NCBI GenBank assembly: GCA_965214605.1
Contig: OZ243961.1
Coordinates: 1,103,008-1,167,007 of the forward strand
Direction: 5' to 3'
Source of the DNA: an uncultured Candidatus Binatia bacterium
Lineage (GTDB): Bacteria; Desulfobacterota; Binatia; Bin18
DNA: 64,000 bases
Made by a program: the position numbers and the translations under genes. This document shows, one piece after another, positions 17,481-27,162 of the stretch. The notes under the pieces are model-generated. The model searched no databases, was not told the DNA's origin, and saw nothing but the letters and a program-made list of their open reading frames with translations. How positions within the stretch are numbered: position 1 is the first letter of the stretch; each line of letters opens with the position of its first letter.

Positions 17481-19370
17481 ATGCGCGACGTGAACATCGC
17501 TACTATTCCAGACCTTGAGGTTGACCCGGTAACGCTCGACATCATTGAGAGTGCGCTCAAGAACTATCGCTACGAAATGGACGCGGTGCTGTACCGTACC
17601 GCCATGTCGCCCGTTATTCGGGAACAGCACGACGAGTTTCCGATGATTTGCGACCCCAACGGTCGGATGGTCGTCGGCCAGTTCGGCTCGTATATCCGGG
17701 AGATGATGGACGGCTTCGACCGTCCAATCTACCCCGGCGATGTTATCCTGCTCAACGACCCCTATCTGTGCGGCGGAGCGATCTCGCATATCAACGATTT
17801 TTTGGTTTTAGTCCCGATCTTTGACGGCGATGAGCTAATCGGCTGGACGTCGATGTTTGGCCACCAAATGGATGTCGGTGGCCCTCTGCCCGGCTCTTTT
17901 CCGACCAACGCCACCTCCATTTTTGGCGAGGGGCTGCGTATCCCACCGGTCAAGCTGTTTGAGAAGGGCGCCCTGAACGAGGATATCTTGCATTTGATTC
18001 TCAACAATGTGCGCATCCCGATCATGAACCGCTCCGATCTGATGGGCATTGTGGCCGGCTGCAAAACCGCCGAGCAGAGAGTCACAGAGCTGTGTGAGCG
18101 GTTTGGCCGCGACACGTATTTGGCTGCTTGTCAGGCCCTGCTCGACCGCACCCGGCGAGCCATGCAGACGCTCATCAAGCGCAATATTTCGACCGAACCG
18201 CAGTCTTTTGAGGACTATGTTGACGACGACGGGCTAGGCAACGGACCGTTCAAAATGAAACTCACTATTTGGCGTGAAGAGGAGAAAGTCGTCTTCGACT
18301 GGACCGGCACAGACCCGCAGGCGGCCGGGCCGATTAACTTCTACCTGAACGAAGGTATGTTCAAAATGTTCATCGGCGTCTACCTGATCATGGTCTATGA
18401 CCCGCAGATTCTGTTCAACGACGGCTTTTATGATCTGATTGAGGCGCGCTTGCCCGACGGCTCCCTGCTCCACCCCAAGTTTCCAGCGGCCCTCGGCTGC
18501 CGCACCCACGCCCTAGCTCGGCTGTTTGACGTGATGAGCGGTTGCCTCGGCCAGAAGAGCCCCGAGCTGACCACCGCGGCTGGCTACGGCACCAGCCCCC
18601 ACCTGCTGTATAGCGGAACCGACAAAAAGGGGGAGTTTTTCTTTATTATGGAGATCAGCTACGGCGGCATCCCGGGCCGACCGGTCGGCGACGGCATAGA
18701 CGGCCATTCGTGGTGGCCGCTGTTCACCAATATTCCGACTGAGTATTTGGAGAGCTACTGCCCACTGCGGATTGATCGTTACGCCTCGGTGATGGATTCC
18801 GGCGGAGCCGGCCTGCACCGCGGAGGCAATGGCATAGATAAATGGTATACTTTTCTAGAACCCGGTGAGATCGCCATTCATGACGATCGTTGGTTGACCC
18901 CGCCGTGGGGGATCTTGGGCGGCAAGCCGGGCATGCGGTCCAAAAAAATCCTGATTCGTACAGATGGCAGCCAAGAAGTCTTGCCCTCGAAGTGCGATCA
19001 AATCAAAGTTGAGTCAGGTGACCAACTGATCTACCAGACAGCTGGCGCCGGAGGTTGGGGAGACCCGCTGAAGCGAGCGGCAGAGAAAGTGCGCAGCGAT
19101 GTGGTGCGGGATCTGGTGTCTGTTGACAAGGCGCGGCGCGAGTACGGTGTTGTGCTTGATCCAGACACCGCTCAGGTCGATCAAGACGCCACCGGTCAGC
19201 TGCGTGAACAGCTGGCCCAAAAGCGGGACGAGCAGCCCACCTTTGACTTCGGTCCCCCATTGCCCGAGTTGCTTGCTCGTTGCAAACAAGAAACCGGTTT
19301 GGAGCCGCCGACTCCGCCGAGCCTGCCGGACAACTGGGCCGTCAATGGAGCCAAGAAACGGGCGGCCTGA
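17481..19370 (+). CDS. hydantoinase B / oxoprolinase family protein (HyuB-like)
   Basis: EVDPVTLDIIESAL..., NDPYLCGGAISHINDF and SGGAGLHRGGNG motifs typical of HyuB. ATG 17481 is preferred over the TTG at 17460. Confidence 0.9.
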   Translation: MRDVNIATIPDLEVDPVTLDIIESALKNYRYEMDAVLYRTAMSPVIREQHDEFPMICDPNGRMVVGQFGSYIREMMDGFDRPIYPGDVILLNDPYLCGGAISHINDFLVLVPIFDGDELIGWTSMFGHQMDVGGPLPGSFPTNATSIFGEGLRIPPVKLFEKGALNEDILHLILNNVRIPIMNRSDLMGIVAGCKTAEQRVTELCERFGRDTYLAACQALLDRTRRAMQTLIKRNISTEPQSFEDYVDDDGLGNGPFKMKLTIWREEEKVVFDWTGTDPQAAGPINFYLNEGMFKMFIGVYLIMVYDPQILFNDGFYDLIEARLPDGSLLHPKFPAALGCRTHALARLFDVMSGCLGQKSPELTTAAGYGTSPHLLYSGTDKKGEFFFIMEISYGGIPGRPVGDGIDGHSWWPLFTNIPTEYLESYCPLRIDRYASVMDSGGAGLHRGGNGIDKWYTFLEPGEIAIHDDRWLTPPWGILGGKPGMRSKKILIRTDGSQEVLPSKCDQIKVESGDQLIYQTAGAGGWGDPLKRAAEKVRSDVVRDLVSVDKARREYGVVLDPDTAQVDQDATGQLREQLAQKRDEQPTFDFGPPLPELLARCKQETGLEPPTPPSLPDNWAVNGAKKRAA

Positions 19371-19421
19371 GAAGGAGAAAAATCGAAGGCCAAGGGTCCA
19401 AAACTCTTTGGGGAAGACACG

Positions 19422-20177
19422 ATGGGGAAACTCGACAATAAGATCGCCCTCGTCACCGGCTCCAGCAGCGGCATCGGAAAGACTGTTGCTCTAGCCTTTG
19501 CCGACCAAGGCGCCGATCTCGTCCTCAACTATCCGAATGATTCCCAGCTGCAAAACGTCACTCGCGTCAAGGAAGACATTGCCGCCTTCGGACGCCGGGT
19601 GATCGCCGTCCGAGCCGATGTCTCCCAGGAAGACCAGGTGCAGAGCTTAATTGACACGACCGTTCAAACCTACGGACGGATTGATATTCTGGTCAATAAT
19701 GCCGGGATCGGCACGGCCAGCCTGGTCGAGAACATGTCGATCACGATGTGGGATGAAATGCTAGCTGTCAACTTACGCAGCGTCTTCCTATGCACCCGTC
19801 TAGTTTTACCGCTCATGTATCAACAAAACTCCGGCAAGATCATTAACACCGCCTCACAGCTTGCCTATAAAGGCGCGCCGGGACTCAGCCATTACTGTGC
19901 GGCCAAAGCCGCCATCATTGGCTTTACTCGCTCCCTGTCACACGAGATCGGCACCCGGAATATTAACGCTAACTGTGTGGCGCCAGGTGCAACCCATACC
20001 CCTCTTGTGGACGGTCTCAACAAAGAAGCGGTTGAGGCGATTCGGGCGGCTATTCCCAAGGGCCGACTGGCGACGGTGGATGAAATTGCTCCAACCTATG
20101 TCTTTTTGGCTTCAGACGAATCGCGGCACTTTGTTGGCCAGTGCCTCAGCCCCAACGGCGGAGACGTCATGCTCTAA
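19422..20177 (+). CDS. SDR family oxidoreductase (FabG-like)
   Basis: VTGSSSGIG, NNAG, S...YCAAK catalytic motif. Confidence 0.9.
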   Translation: MGKLDNKIALVTGSSSGIGKTVALAFADQGADLVLNYPNDSQLQNVTRVKEDIAAFGRRVIAVRADVSQEDQVQSLIDTTVQTYGRIDILVNNAGIGTASLVENMSITMWDEMLAVNLRSVFLCTRLVLPLMYQQNSGKIINTASQLAYKGAPGLSHYCAAKAAIIGFTRSLSHEIGTRNINANCVAPGATHTPLVDGLNKEAVEAIRAAIPKGRLATVDEIAPTYVFLASDESRHFVGQCLSPNGGDVML

Positions 20178-20265
20178 GACATTCGGCCGACCCTTCTCTT
20201 CCCTTTTCTCCGCCCTCTGCCTCCTGCCTTGTCACACCTGGTCCACCCAGATACACTCGGCCGCC

Positions 20266-21501
20266 ATGCCTCAACCGCCCTCCGCCTCCACGGTGTCATC
20301 CCAGCTGTCCCAGGATCCGACTCCCCAACCAACCCTGTTCACCTCCAATTACGTGCTGCTATGTGTCAGCGCTTTTCTGTTTTCGGGTAGCATGTTCATA
20401 CTGTTTGCGGTTCTACCGCTGTTCGTTGTTCAGGAACTGCATGGAGCAGAATCCCAGGTCGGCCTCATTATGGGTGCGTTTGCCATCTCGGCGGTGTTGA
20501 CTCGACCTTTCTCTGGACTGCTGGTTTCGATCTGGAGCCGAAAAAGCGGGCTAAGCATCGGAACCTTCATCTATTTCCTGGCTCCTGCCCTGTACACCTT
20601 GGCCGGATCAGTGTCGCTCATGCTAGGCCTACGTTTTTTTCACGGCATCGGCATTGCCATCTATACCACCGCGTCGAGCGTATTTGTCGCCGACCTGTCT
20701 CCTCCCTCCCGGCGTGGAGAAGCCATGGGGTATTACGGCATGGCGCTGAACCTGTCGATGACAATCGGCCCAGCCCTAGGCGCCTATCTGGTCGGCAAGA
20801 TCGGCTTTATCAATCTGTTTTGGCTGTCCGCAGCGCTGGCGCTAGCTAGCTTCTTGCTCACCCTGCTCCTGCACGAACCCCACCGTTCTCCACCACCGCC
20901 TCAGACCCCGGCCAAGCGTCCGCCCTTATTCCACCGGTCCGCCCTGTTTCCGGGGCTGATTGCGGTCTGCATGACCATGACCTTTGGCACGGTCGTGTCC
21001 TTTCTGCCGCTGTTTGTGCAGGCTCACCAACTCGGCAACCCAGGTCTGTTCTTTACCGTATACTCCATTGCTGTAGTTGTCTCGCGTCCCTTTGCTGGCC
21101 GGCTGTCAGACCGCTTTGGCCGGCCGGTGGTGATCATCCCCGGTATGCTGCTGCTGACTATGGCGATGACTATCTTGGCGTTCTCAAGTAGCCAGTTCGG
21201 AATGCTCAGCGCGGCTGTCTTTCAAGGCTTCGGCTTTGGTGGTGTCCAGCCATCACTGATGGCCCAGGTGGTCGATCGCTCAACCGACCACGATCGTGGT
21301 CCGGCGCTGGCCACGCTGATGGGGGCATTCGATGTAGGTGTCGGTCTGAGCTCGGTCGGTCTAGGCCTGGTCCTGGGAGCCACAAGCTTTCCCGTTACCT
21401 TTCTATGCGCAGCCGGGATTGGTCTGTTTGGCGCCGCGGCGTCGACCTGGGACGCGTTCTTGCGTCAACCGGCTCAGTCCGTCCCTGGCAAGACCTTGTG
21501 A
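20266..21501 (+). CDS. MFS transporter
   Basis: About 12 hydrophobic spans and an MFS loop motif (GRLSDRFGRP). ATG 20266. The tracked ORF start at 19861 overlaps the SDR gene and is rejected. Confidence 0.85.
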   Translation: MPQPPSASTVSSQLSQDPTPQPTLFTSNYVLLCVSAFLFSGSMFILFAVLPLFVVQELHGAESQVGLIMGAFAISAVLTRPFSGLLVSIWSRKSGLSIGTFIYFLAPALYTLAGSVSLMLGLRFFHGIGIAIYTTASSVFVADLSPPSRRGEAMGYYGMALNLSMTIGPALGAYLVGKIGFINLFWLSAALALASFLLTLLLHEPHRSPPPPQTPAKRPPLFHRSALFPGLIAVCMTMTFGTVVSFLPLFVQAHQLGNPGLFFTVYSIAVVVSRPFAGRLSDRFGRPVVIIPGMLLLTMAMTILAFSSSQFGMLSAAVFQGFGFGGVQPSLMAQVVDRSTDHDRGPALATLMGAFDVGVGLSSVGLGLVLGATSFPVTFLCAAGIGLFGAAASTWDAFLRQPAQSVPGKTL

Positions 21502-21701
21502 ACAAGCCACCATGCCCATTCGATAAGTGCAGCGACTTTTGATCCGCCCCCTGTCAGGAAGCTGCGACTGTTGGCATGCCCGAAGGGCAAGTGGAGGGCC
21601 AAGCCCAAGTCAGCGTCGAATTGGTCGCAGACCGATTTGTCCTACAAGCAAACCTCGACTAGAGCCTGAAAGAGCTGGAATCGTGTCTCACGCTCCGCTT
21701 G

Positions 21702-21783
21702 GGGAAGGGGCCGGTCGTGGCGGTTCGTCTTATCACGGCTCTGGCAAAGCTGTTGCAGAGCGGTAGGGGCAGGGCCCCTTCCC
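21702..21783. repeat. 11-bp inverted repeat (GGGAAGGGGCC ... GGCCCCTTCCC) with a ~60-nt spacer between convergent genes
   Basis: Arms at 21702-21712 and 21773-21783, read directly. No U-tract, so not a canonical intrinsic terminator. Confidence 0.3.
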
Positions 21784-21797
21784 GGCCCGGTTGTAGA

Positions 21798-22625
21798 CTA
21801 CTGCTCGAACTGAATCGAAAAGCCTTCGCGCTCGTTGTTCTCCTTATCAATCAAGATCGTGCTGGCCGAACTGTAAGTACCCATCGGATAGAACAGAAAG
21901 CCGCTCACTCGTTGCCCCGGTTGCAGGGTTTCCACCTGCAGAGCCTTACTCTGGCTGCCCGCCGGTGCCGTAATTGGTGTGACCCGTCCTCCCCCGGCAA
22001 CGCGCAGATAAACCTTGTCGAGCTCAATCCCATACGGTCGTGAAGTATTGTTGTGGATCTCAACTTTGATCGGCAGGATGCCGCTGGCCGGCAAATCGGA
22101 CCCCAGTTCGATCTGAGACTCAAAGCCGTCGAAGGGGGTCAGGGTCATATTCAGCCCGCCCTTGGCTTCTTGTTTGTCATACGCTTCCTGGTTAGCAGCT
22201 AAGATACCAAAGGTCCGGGCAAAATTATTATGAAAACCGCCGGGTCGCTCAGCCGCGCCGATCAGCGATGGGACTGCCACCCCGCCCCGCTCGGGGACTA
22301 CGGTGACCCCGTCAGCGCCACAGGTGATGGTGACTCGGCCACCCTCGCCTTGGCGCGCCTCCGTATTAGTGCCAGCAATGATGTAGCCGGGCGAGCCAGG
22401 GGTGGCGACCTGGACCGACTTCACCGGATGGCCCAGTATCTGGACTGCCCGGTAGGCTAAACGGTTGGCCTGTTCACAGCCCAGCTTTGGAACAGACACC
22501 GTCCGAGTCCGGGGCGGCATAGTTGGGGTACAGCTTGTCAACACTAGCCCGGCTGCACATACCGAGAAAAACAGCACTTGGTGATATAACACAACTCCTC
22601 CCAAGAACTCGCGTTGTTCTAGCAT
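21798..22625 (-). CDS. hypothetical lipoprotein
   Basis: The N-terminal hydrophobic stretch ends in a lipobox-like LTSC. No recognised catalytic motif. Confidence 0.55.
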   Translation of the reverse strand: MLEQREFLGGVVLYHQVLFFSVCAAGLVLTSCTPTMPPRTRTVSVPKLGCEQANRLAYRAVQILGHPVKSVQVATPGSPGYIIAGTNTEARQGEGGRVTITCGADGVTVVPERGGVAVPSLIGAAERPGGFHNNFARTFGILAANQEAYDKQEAKGGLNMTLTPFDGFESQIELGSDLPASGILPIKVEIHNNTSRPYGIELDKVYLRVAGGGRVTPITAPAGSQSKALQVETLQPGQRVSGFLFYPMGTYSSASTILIDKENNEREGFSIQFEQ

Positions 22626-22668
22626 CTAGTGTATCAAATACTTCTGACCTAGGCGATGACGGGTATTG

Positions 22669-23232
22669 CTAACGCCCATCCTTCAACTCGTCTCGAAGCC
22701 GGCCCAACTCTTGCATCATGGCAATGATATCGGCCAAGGAATAGTGGGCGTTACGCGGGCTGGTCGAAGGCAGAGTAAACACCCGTGCCCCACCAAAGCT
22801 TTCGGTCTGGCGACCGATGCGGATCTGCTTTGTTCCGCAGCAGGCCCGGTAGCCGGTTAAGCCGTTGAAGCACACGATGCGCGGGCGATAGCGCACAATC
22901 TTCTCGTGCAGCTGCCGCGCTCCGTGACGGAACTCCTCAGCCTGCAGTTCATGGATGCCGCGGGTCGGTCGTTTGACCACATCGGTCAGCCCAATCCCCC
23001 AGTCCAACAATCGCTCCTCGTCCCCGGGAGCGACCGGCTCGGGAACCAGACCGGAGGCTGACAGTGCGGTCCAAAACCGATTCTGCTTCCGGGCAAAATA
23101 GCGTCCGATCTGGGCCGAATAGTAGCCCGGATTTATGCCGACCAACACAATATCCAGGTTATTGCGCAGATAATCGGGCAGGTTGCGGAGCGTTTCCGGA
23201 TGCGGTTTGTAGGGACGTGAAGGGCGCGCCAT
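22669..23232 (-). CDS. mug: G/U mismatch-specific DNA glycosylase (Mug/TDG family)
   Basis: VGINPGYYS...NRFW...RPTRG...LPSTSPRN parallels the E. coli Mug motifs GINPG, NRFW and PNPSG. Confidence 0.85.
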   Translation of the reverse strand: MARPSRPYKPHPETLRNLPDYLRNNLDIVLVGINPGYYSAQIGRYFARKQNRFWTALSASGLVPEPVAPGDEERLLDWGIGLTDVVKRPTRGIHELQAEEFRHGARQLHEKIVRYRPRIVCFNGLTGYRACCGTKQIRIGRQTESFGGARVFTLPSTSPRNAHYSLADIIAMMQELGRLRDELKDGR

Positions 23233-23240
23233 GGTGAGCC

Positions 23241-24338
23241 TCAGCTTTGCCTATCACGGAGGCGAGCGTACTGGTATCGCAGGGCACGGTTGGACCATAC
23301 GCCAAGGAGGGAAGGCAGCACGATTCCATACACCTGGGAGCGCGTAATCTTGATCTGGACGTCGGGGTTGAGCAGCTGACACGAACCTCGGATGCGGGTC
23401 AGGGTCGAGACGCCGATGAGCAGGGGCCAGGCGCAGGCCAGACGCAGTCTCCACTCCCGGCGCGGAACCGCTAGGGTGTAGCGCCACCCGGCCTGATAGT
23501 GAGATAGGGTAAGCTCAAGCAACTCATTGAGCAAGGGTCGTATACGGCTGAGATTGGCTGGCTCGAATAATTCCTCGGGTTTCACCCCCAGTCTGTTGAG
23601 GTCTTCGTGGGGCAGATAACATCGCCCCAGACGCAGGTCGCAGGCTAGGTCGCGCAAGATATTGGTCAGTTGCAAGCCTTTGCCAAACCGAACGCCGTAT
23701 TCGGCCATGACTGCAAGATCCCAGTCACGAAGAGCCGGACGGTGGGCGACCGCTGTCTTGGTCCAGAACTCTCCGACACAGCCGGCCACGTAATAGGTGT
23801 ACTGATCGAGATCGTGGCGGGAGCGTAGCGCGACCGCCCTGCTGGCCGCCCCTTCGTCTTCAGGCGGAAAGACCGTGAGATCCATCTGCATCCCTTGGGT
23901 GAGGGTCAGAACCAGCTCACGAATCCGCTGTTGATCGTCTGGTCCAAGCCTGGATAACAGCTCAAAACAGGCGCCAAGCTGCAACAGCAGTTCGCGTTCC
24001 GCAGGGCCGTGCAGTTGCTCGCCCAGCTGCCGCTGGAGATCGGGCAACGGGCTGAGATCCCCCTGAGAAAAAGCCAGACGATAGCGCTCAAGCTGGATCA
24101 GCCGTTGGCTTGGGGACAGCAGCGCAGTATCGGCGATTGTATCTGCAGCACGACAGAACAGGTAGGCTAAGCCCAACGATAGGCGCACGCTAGACGGCAG
24201 GACGCGCAGGCTCAGATAAAAGGAGCGACTAACCCGAGGCAGAATATCAAAGAGGAGCCGGGAAGCTGTTTGGTCGTGCACCATGCGGCTCAAGACATAC
24301 GCGCCTGCACCGTCCAGGTCAACACGGTGCGGATGCAC
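23241..24338 (-). CDS. squalene/phytoene synthase family protein
   Basis: SRSFYLSLRVLP, FCRAADTIAD (first Asp-rich motif), NILRDLACDLRLGRCYLP (second motif). The start may be the internal Met near 24284. Confidence 0.8.
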   Translation of the reverse strand: MHPHRVDLDGAGAYVLSRMVHDQTASRLLFDILPRVSRSFYLSLRVLPSSVRLSLGLAYLFCRAADTIADTALLSPSQRLIQLERYRLAFSQGDLSPLPDLQRQLGEQLHGPAERELLLQLGACFELLSRLGPDDQQRIRELVLTLTQGMQMDLTVFPPEDEGAASRAVALRSRHDLDQYTYYVAGCVGEFWTKTAVAHRPALRDWDLAVMAEYGVRFGKGLQLTNILRDLACDLRLGRCYLPHEDLNRLGVKPEELFEPANLSRIRPLLNELLELTLSHYQAGWRYTLAVPRREWRLRLACAWPLLIGVSTLTRIRGSCQLLNPDVQIKITRSQVYGIVLPSLLGVWSNRALRYQYARLRDRQS

Positions 24339-24362
24339 GGGGAGGCACCCCCGTGGAGCCCC

Positions 24363-24899
24363 TCACTCCAACATCAGCCCTGAGCGGCACGCCTGCTCCA
24401 GCGCCAGTCGCCGCATCGAAAAGCGGTCTTTTTCCTCGGCGCTCATCTCGGCAAACGTGCGGGAGCTACCGGTAGGCTGAAAGATAGCGTCCCAGCCAAA
24501 GCCATGGCTGCCGCGCGGGGACGCAACAATGCTGCCAGAAACGCTACCGGCAAACACCCAGCAGTCGACTCCATCGTGATAGCCGAACACAGTTGTCGCA
24601 GTTGCCACACGGTCAGTGTCCAGCAGACGGCACAGACCCTCGTTGCCCAGGCTTTGCAAAAACCAGGTGATTAGGGCGCCAGGCAGGCCGTTCCAGGCAT
24701 CAAAGGCCAGGCCGGTGTCCTCAACCAAGACCGGACGTTGGAGAGCGCTGTAAGCGTGGGTGGCTTTATGCCGTACGACCGGCTCTAGCTCGACGGCCTG
24801 TATTTCGTCGAGGTGGAGCGGCTGGTGTGCCACAGCACGGCCGAGCAGGCGCTCCACCTCGGCGGCTTTCGCAGCGTTGGCGGTAACAAAGGTGAACAT
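24363..24899 (-). CDS. rdgB: non-canonical purine NTP pyrophosphatase (RdgB/HAM1 family)
   Basis: MFTFVTANAAKAAE..., VLVEDTGL, GFGWDAIFQP and FAEM..EEK..S.R motifs. ATG 24899 shares one nt with the def stop (TGATG). Confidence 0.85.
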   Translation of the reverse strand: MFTFVTANAAKAAEVERLLGRAVAHQPLHLDEIQAVELEPVVRHKATHAYSALQRPVLVEDTGLAFDAWNGLPGALITWFLQSLGNEGLCRLLDTDRVATATTVFGYHDGVDCWVFAGSVSGSIVASPRGSHGFGWDAIFQPTGSSRTFAEMSAEEKDRFSMRRLALEQACRSGLMLE

Positions 24900-25444
24900 C
24901 AGTCCGCGGTGTCGGTCGGCAGCCAGTAGCGTTGCCACTCATCGAGGTGAGACAAGGTGTGCAGCGAGTCCATGCGGTCGACATACACCTTACCCTGCAG
25001 GTGATCATACTCGTGCTCGATGACGCGGGCATGAAAATCTTTGGCCACAAAATCAAGCGGCCGCCCGTGGCGGTCCAGCGCTTGGACGCGCACCGCGGTG
25101 TGACGTCTGACCATCCCCCGTAGACCCGGGATACTCAGACAGCCCTCCCACAGTTCGCCTCGCTGCTCAGACAACACGCTCAGCCGAGGGTTGATTAAAA
25201 CCGTCAGCGGAACCGGCGACACGTCGGGATAACGGGGGTGTTTGTCTACTTGTAGGACAGCAAGCTGCCGCGACACATGCACTTGGGGTGCCGCCAAGCC
25301 GACCCCGATATACTCGTGCATGGTTTCGATCATATCGTCAATCAGGCGCTGAAACTCGGCATGTGGAATGTGCTCGGGCAGGACGAGCTGCGCGGTTTTC
25401 CGTAACACCGGATGTCCTAGACGGCAGACTTTTAGAATAGCCAT
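24899..25444 (-). CDS. def: peptide deformylase
   Basis: GVGLAAPQV, EGCLSIPG and HEYDHLQG motifs. Start MAILKV at 25444. Confidence 0.9.
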   Translation of the reverse strand: MAILKVCRLGHPVLRKTAQLVLPEHIPHAEFQRLIDDMIETMHEYIGVGLAAPQVHVSRQLAVLQVDKHPRYPDVSPVPLTVLINPRLSVLSEQRGELWEGCLSIPGLRGMVRRHTAVRVQALDRHGRPLDFVAKDFHARVIEHEYDHLQGKVYVDRMDSLHTLSHLDEWQRYWLPTDTAD

Positions 25445-25457
25445 GTTACAGCATCGC

Positions 25458-26114
25458 TCAGGGACGCCTCCGACGCTGGCTACGGCCCTGGTGGGGACGT
25501 TGAAAGGCCAACACCCGATGCCCATGTCGATACTGGGTGACCAGCGTGGCTAGGGTCTCACGATCGATCAGAATACAATCCTCACGTCGAGCTAGCGTCC
25601 GGGCACGGAGACTAAACGGTTGGTTAGCCAGCACCAGCGCGCCGTCACACCCCTGGTCCTGACTAGCGGTCAGTGCCTCAATGACCACGTTTTCCGTCAG
25701 CGGTCTAGTGTGTCGGAACACACGGCCTAGCAGCCGGTCGGCGCCTCGGGTCAACAAAACATCGGCCCCGGGCGAGTTAGACCGGACCAGCGGAGTAACC
25801 TCATAGCCCTGGGCCCGCAACAGGTCGGCCGCATAGCGAGAAAACTCGGTATCCGACATGCTGTCCAGCTCGTGCAGCCGCTCACTCCGCTCACGTTGTC
25901 GCGTATAGCTCTTCCACACAATCCAGATACCGAGCCCACCGCCCATCCACACCAGGGCACTTATCCAGTTGCCCTGGAGGGCGGAGGTGGCAAAGACAAA
26001 AAGCAAGAAGAGCGCGGTGCCTTTGATCAGACGCGTCCGGGTAGTCTTTCCCGGCCGTGCCTTGTGGCTGAGTTCAACAGCGCGGGACGGTTCCTGCATA
26101 GCTTCCTCAGACAA
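25458..26114 (-). CDS. membrane-anchored restriction-endonuclease-fold (Mrr_cat-like) protein
   Basis: Two N-terminal TM spans. Then EFSRYAADLLRAQGYEV...GADVLL...LIDRETLATLV resembles the Mrr catalytic-domain layout. The usual (E/Q)xK position reads VFR, so activity is uncertain. Confidence 0.55.
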   Translation of the reverse strand: MSEEAMQEPSRAVELSHKARPGKTTRTRLIKGTALFLLFVFATSALQGNWISALVWMGGGLGIWIVWKSYTRQRERSERLHELDSMSDTEFSRYAADLLRAQGYEVTPLVRSNSPGADVLLTRGADRLLGRVFRHTRPLTENVVIEALTASQDQGCDGALVLANQPFSLRARTLARREDCILIDRETLATLVTQYRHGHRVLAFQRPHQGRSQRRRRP

Positions 26115-26200
26115 GACGGTCAGTTATTACACGACTATTAGCCAGATATCCCAGCAGGAGAAAGAAATCAATCGGGAAAACAGAGACACGTGCTCGCGGG

Positions 26201-27124
26201 TCAGCATTGTGTCGTCAGCACGACCCCACCAATCACTAAGAGTGTTCCAAACACATGGACGGCGGTGATCTGCTCACCAAGAAACACTACTGAAAACACG
26301 AGCACGATGACCGGAATGAGATTCATGAACACGGCCGCCCGATGTGGGCTGATATGCGTCAGGGCTTGATAGTACAACAGATTGGTCAGTGGCGAGAGGA
26401 CACACAAATAGGACACAGCCGCAATCAAAATCGGACTGTACTCAAAGGCGGGCTGGAACGGCTCCTCAAAGAAAAAGACCGGGAGCAAAACTACTGAGCT
26501 CACCAGGTAGGCGCTGGCCGTCGCCGCAGTGGGCGAGCGCTGGCGTAAGGCAATCCGGCTATAGACAGTATACACCGCCCAACTGATCTGGCCGATCAGG
26601 ATCAGTACGTCACCCCAGTTGAACGAGCGCTGGAGCAGATTTTCCACCGACCCCTGACAGATGATGGCCACCAGGCCGATGGAGGACAAGACGACTCCGG
26701 CGACGTTGAGCAGACTGAGTTTCTCCCTCAAAAACAGCCAGGACAGCAAGGTCACCCAGATTGGCGTTGCGGCGGCCAAGATGCCGGCGTTGGACGACGT
26801 CGTCATCTTCAGCCCAACATAGAAAAGCCCGCCCGAAGCCAAGACCCCGCTAAAGGCCATGATCAGACTACTCTTGGGGTCTTTGCGGATTTCACGCCAC
26901 CAGTCCGGGTCTGACTGCCAGCCTAGGAGGTTGAGGACCAGGGCTCCAAATATTGTCCGGACGGCCATCAGAGTGAAAGTTCCGACCAGGGTCAGAGCGA
27001 ATTTTCCGGCCGGGAAATTCCCAGCCCACAGACTGATGACACCGATGAGCAGGAGGTAAGCCACAGGCGAGCCGATGTCCTTTCTGGCGGCGGTGTGGGG
27101 GAAAAGGTATATGCTGGCTGGCAC
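26201..27124 (-). CDS. DMT superfamily (EamA-like) transporter
   Basis: Ten hydrophobic spans in two EamA-like halves. Confidence 0.85.
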   Translation of the reverse strand: MPASIYLFPHTAARKDIGSPVAYLLLIGVISLWAGNFPAGKFALTLVGTFTLMAVRTIFGALVLNLLGWQSDPDWWREIRKDPKSSLIMAFSGVLASGGLFYVGLKMTTSSNAGILAAATPIWVTLLSWLFLREKLSLLNVAGVVLSSIGLVAIICQGSVENLLQRSFNWGDVLILIGQISWAVYTVYSRIALRQRSPTAATASAYLVSSVVLLPVFFFEEPFQPAFEYSPILIAAVSYLCVLSPLTNLLYYQALTHISPHRAAVFMNLIPVIVLVFSVVFLGEQITAVHVFGTLLVIGGVVLTTQC

Positions 27125-27162
27125 AGAGACAAGCCAAGGGGCGCACCACGCACCGATCCGCT

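Noticed and set aside
19861-20265. N-terminal 135-codon extension of the MFS transporter ORF
   Set aside because: It overlaps the 3' end of the SDR gene in another frame and is Arg/Pro-rich. The MFS-like sequence begins only after ATG 20266.
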